This document shows, piece by piece, positions 63,509 through 64,000 of a stretch of 64,000 nt of DNA. This stretch comes from a bacterium (GTDB lineage Bacteria; Patescibacteriota; Minisyncoccia; UBA6257; GWB1-50-10), in assembly GCA_021791395.1 (NCBI GenBank), contig JAJYWR010000002.1:17043-81042 (forward strand). Reading direction: 5' to 3'. Under the pieces are notes generated by a model. That model had not been told where the DNA came from, did no database searches, and saw only the letters and a program-made list of their open reading frames with translations. The stretch's first letter is position 1; each line of letters begins with the position of its first letter. The translations under genes were made by a program, and so were the position numbers.

Positions 63509-64000
63509 ATGAATCCACGAAACCAACACATAAAAAAGAAACCGAGCGAATTTCAGGAAAAAGTTCTTGAAATAAAGAGAGTCACGAGAGTCGTTGCCGG
63601 AGGAAAAAGAATGAGCTTCCGAGCGACCATCGTCATCGGTGACAAAAAAGGAAGGGTCGGCCTTGGGATTGGCAAAGGGCTCGATGTTGCCGCTTCCGTC
63701 GAAAAGGCGAAACGACAGGCGCAAAAAAATCTCATTGTGGTACATTTGAAGGATGGGCGAACGATTCCTCATGAAATAGAGGAAAAATACAGCGCCGCCC
63801 GGATCCGCTTGAAACCGGCCAAACTGAACCACGGTCTCATTGCCGGCGGATCAGCCAGAACCGTTCTCGAACTCGCCGGAGTGCGAGACGTCTCCGCGAA
63901 AATTCTCGGCAGAACTACCAACAAACTAACAAACGCACTCGCAGCCATGAACGCTCTCCGAAAGCTCGCAAAAAAAGCGGAGCCGTCGACTTCTGAAACC
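63509..64000 (+). CDS. rpsE: Ribosomal protein S5 (3' end outside the window)
   Basis: ATG at 63509. Translation …VLEIKRVTRVVAGGKRMSFRATIVIGDKKGRVGLGIGKG…LKDGRTIPHEI… matches S5. The frame is still open at position 64000. Confidence 0.85.
   Translation, partial: MNPRNQHIKKKPSEFQEKVLEIKRVTRVVAGGKRMSFRATIVIGDKKGRVGLGIGKGLDVAASVEKAKRQAQKNLIVVHLKDGRTIPHEIEEKYSAARIRLKPAKLNHGLIAGGSARTVLELAGVRDVSAKILGRTTNKLTNALAAMNALRKLAKKAEPSTSET

Overview
This window looks like a chromosomal segment from a small-genome, CPR/Patescibacteria-like bacterium. The inference rests on compact operons, reduced ribosomal proteins (a truncated L3 among them), a type IV pilin and many small secreted proteins. All annotation was done by eye from the sequence and the ORF track, with no database searches.

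Housekeeping genes make up most of the window. They include:
- the 3' end of lysS, then serS;
- an hrcA–grpE–dnaK–(membrane protein)–dnaJ heat-shock operon behind a textbook TTGACA-16-TATAAT promoter with a CIRCE operator;
- xseA/xseB, and parA/parB;
- a (p)ppGpp synthetase (RelA/SpoT), then groES/groEL behind a second promoter with a CIRCE-like operator, and thyA–folA;
- lemA, htpX and an ABC exporter;
- a complete F-type ATP synthase operon (atpBEFHAGDC);
- dnaG and rpoD;
- rpsL–rpsG–fusA–tuf–rpsJ, followed by the L3-to-S5 ribosomal protein cluster, which runs off the 3' edge.

Three tRNAs are visible: Leu-CAA and Pro-GGG on the minus strand, and Ser-GGA on the plus strand. The Ser and Pro tRNAs each sit next to a degenerate partial copy of their own 3' end. 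No rRNA, CRISPR array, transposase or integrase could be recognised.

The less ordinary parts are:
- a roughly 600-aa cysteine-rich repeat protein whose N-terminal zinc ribbon is only completed by a -1 shift at a C5 tract (4945–6746);
- a roughly 625-bp two-ORF insert bracketed by a degenerate repeat of that gene's 3' end (6747–7372), next to a nucleotidyltransferase;
- an AT-rich block of secreted proteins with no recognisable homology (8898–10708);
- a perfect 44-bp palindrome just after parB;
- a nucleotide-salvage-like accessory cluster (two NUDIX genes, deoxyribosyltransferase-like, HAD, MFS, xthA, an APH-fold kinase) containing a 62-nt exact duplication of the xthA 5' end that creates a chimeric ORF;
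- short GC-rich motifs recurring in several intergenic regions.
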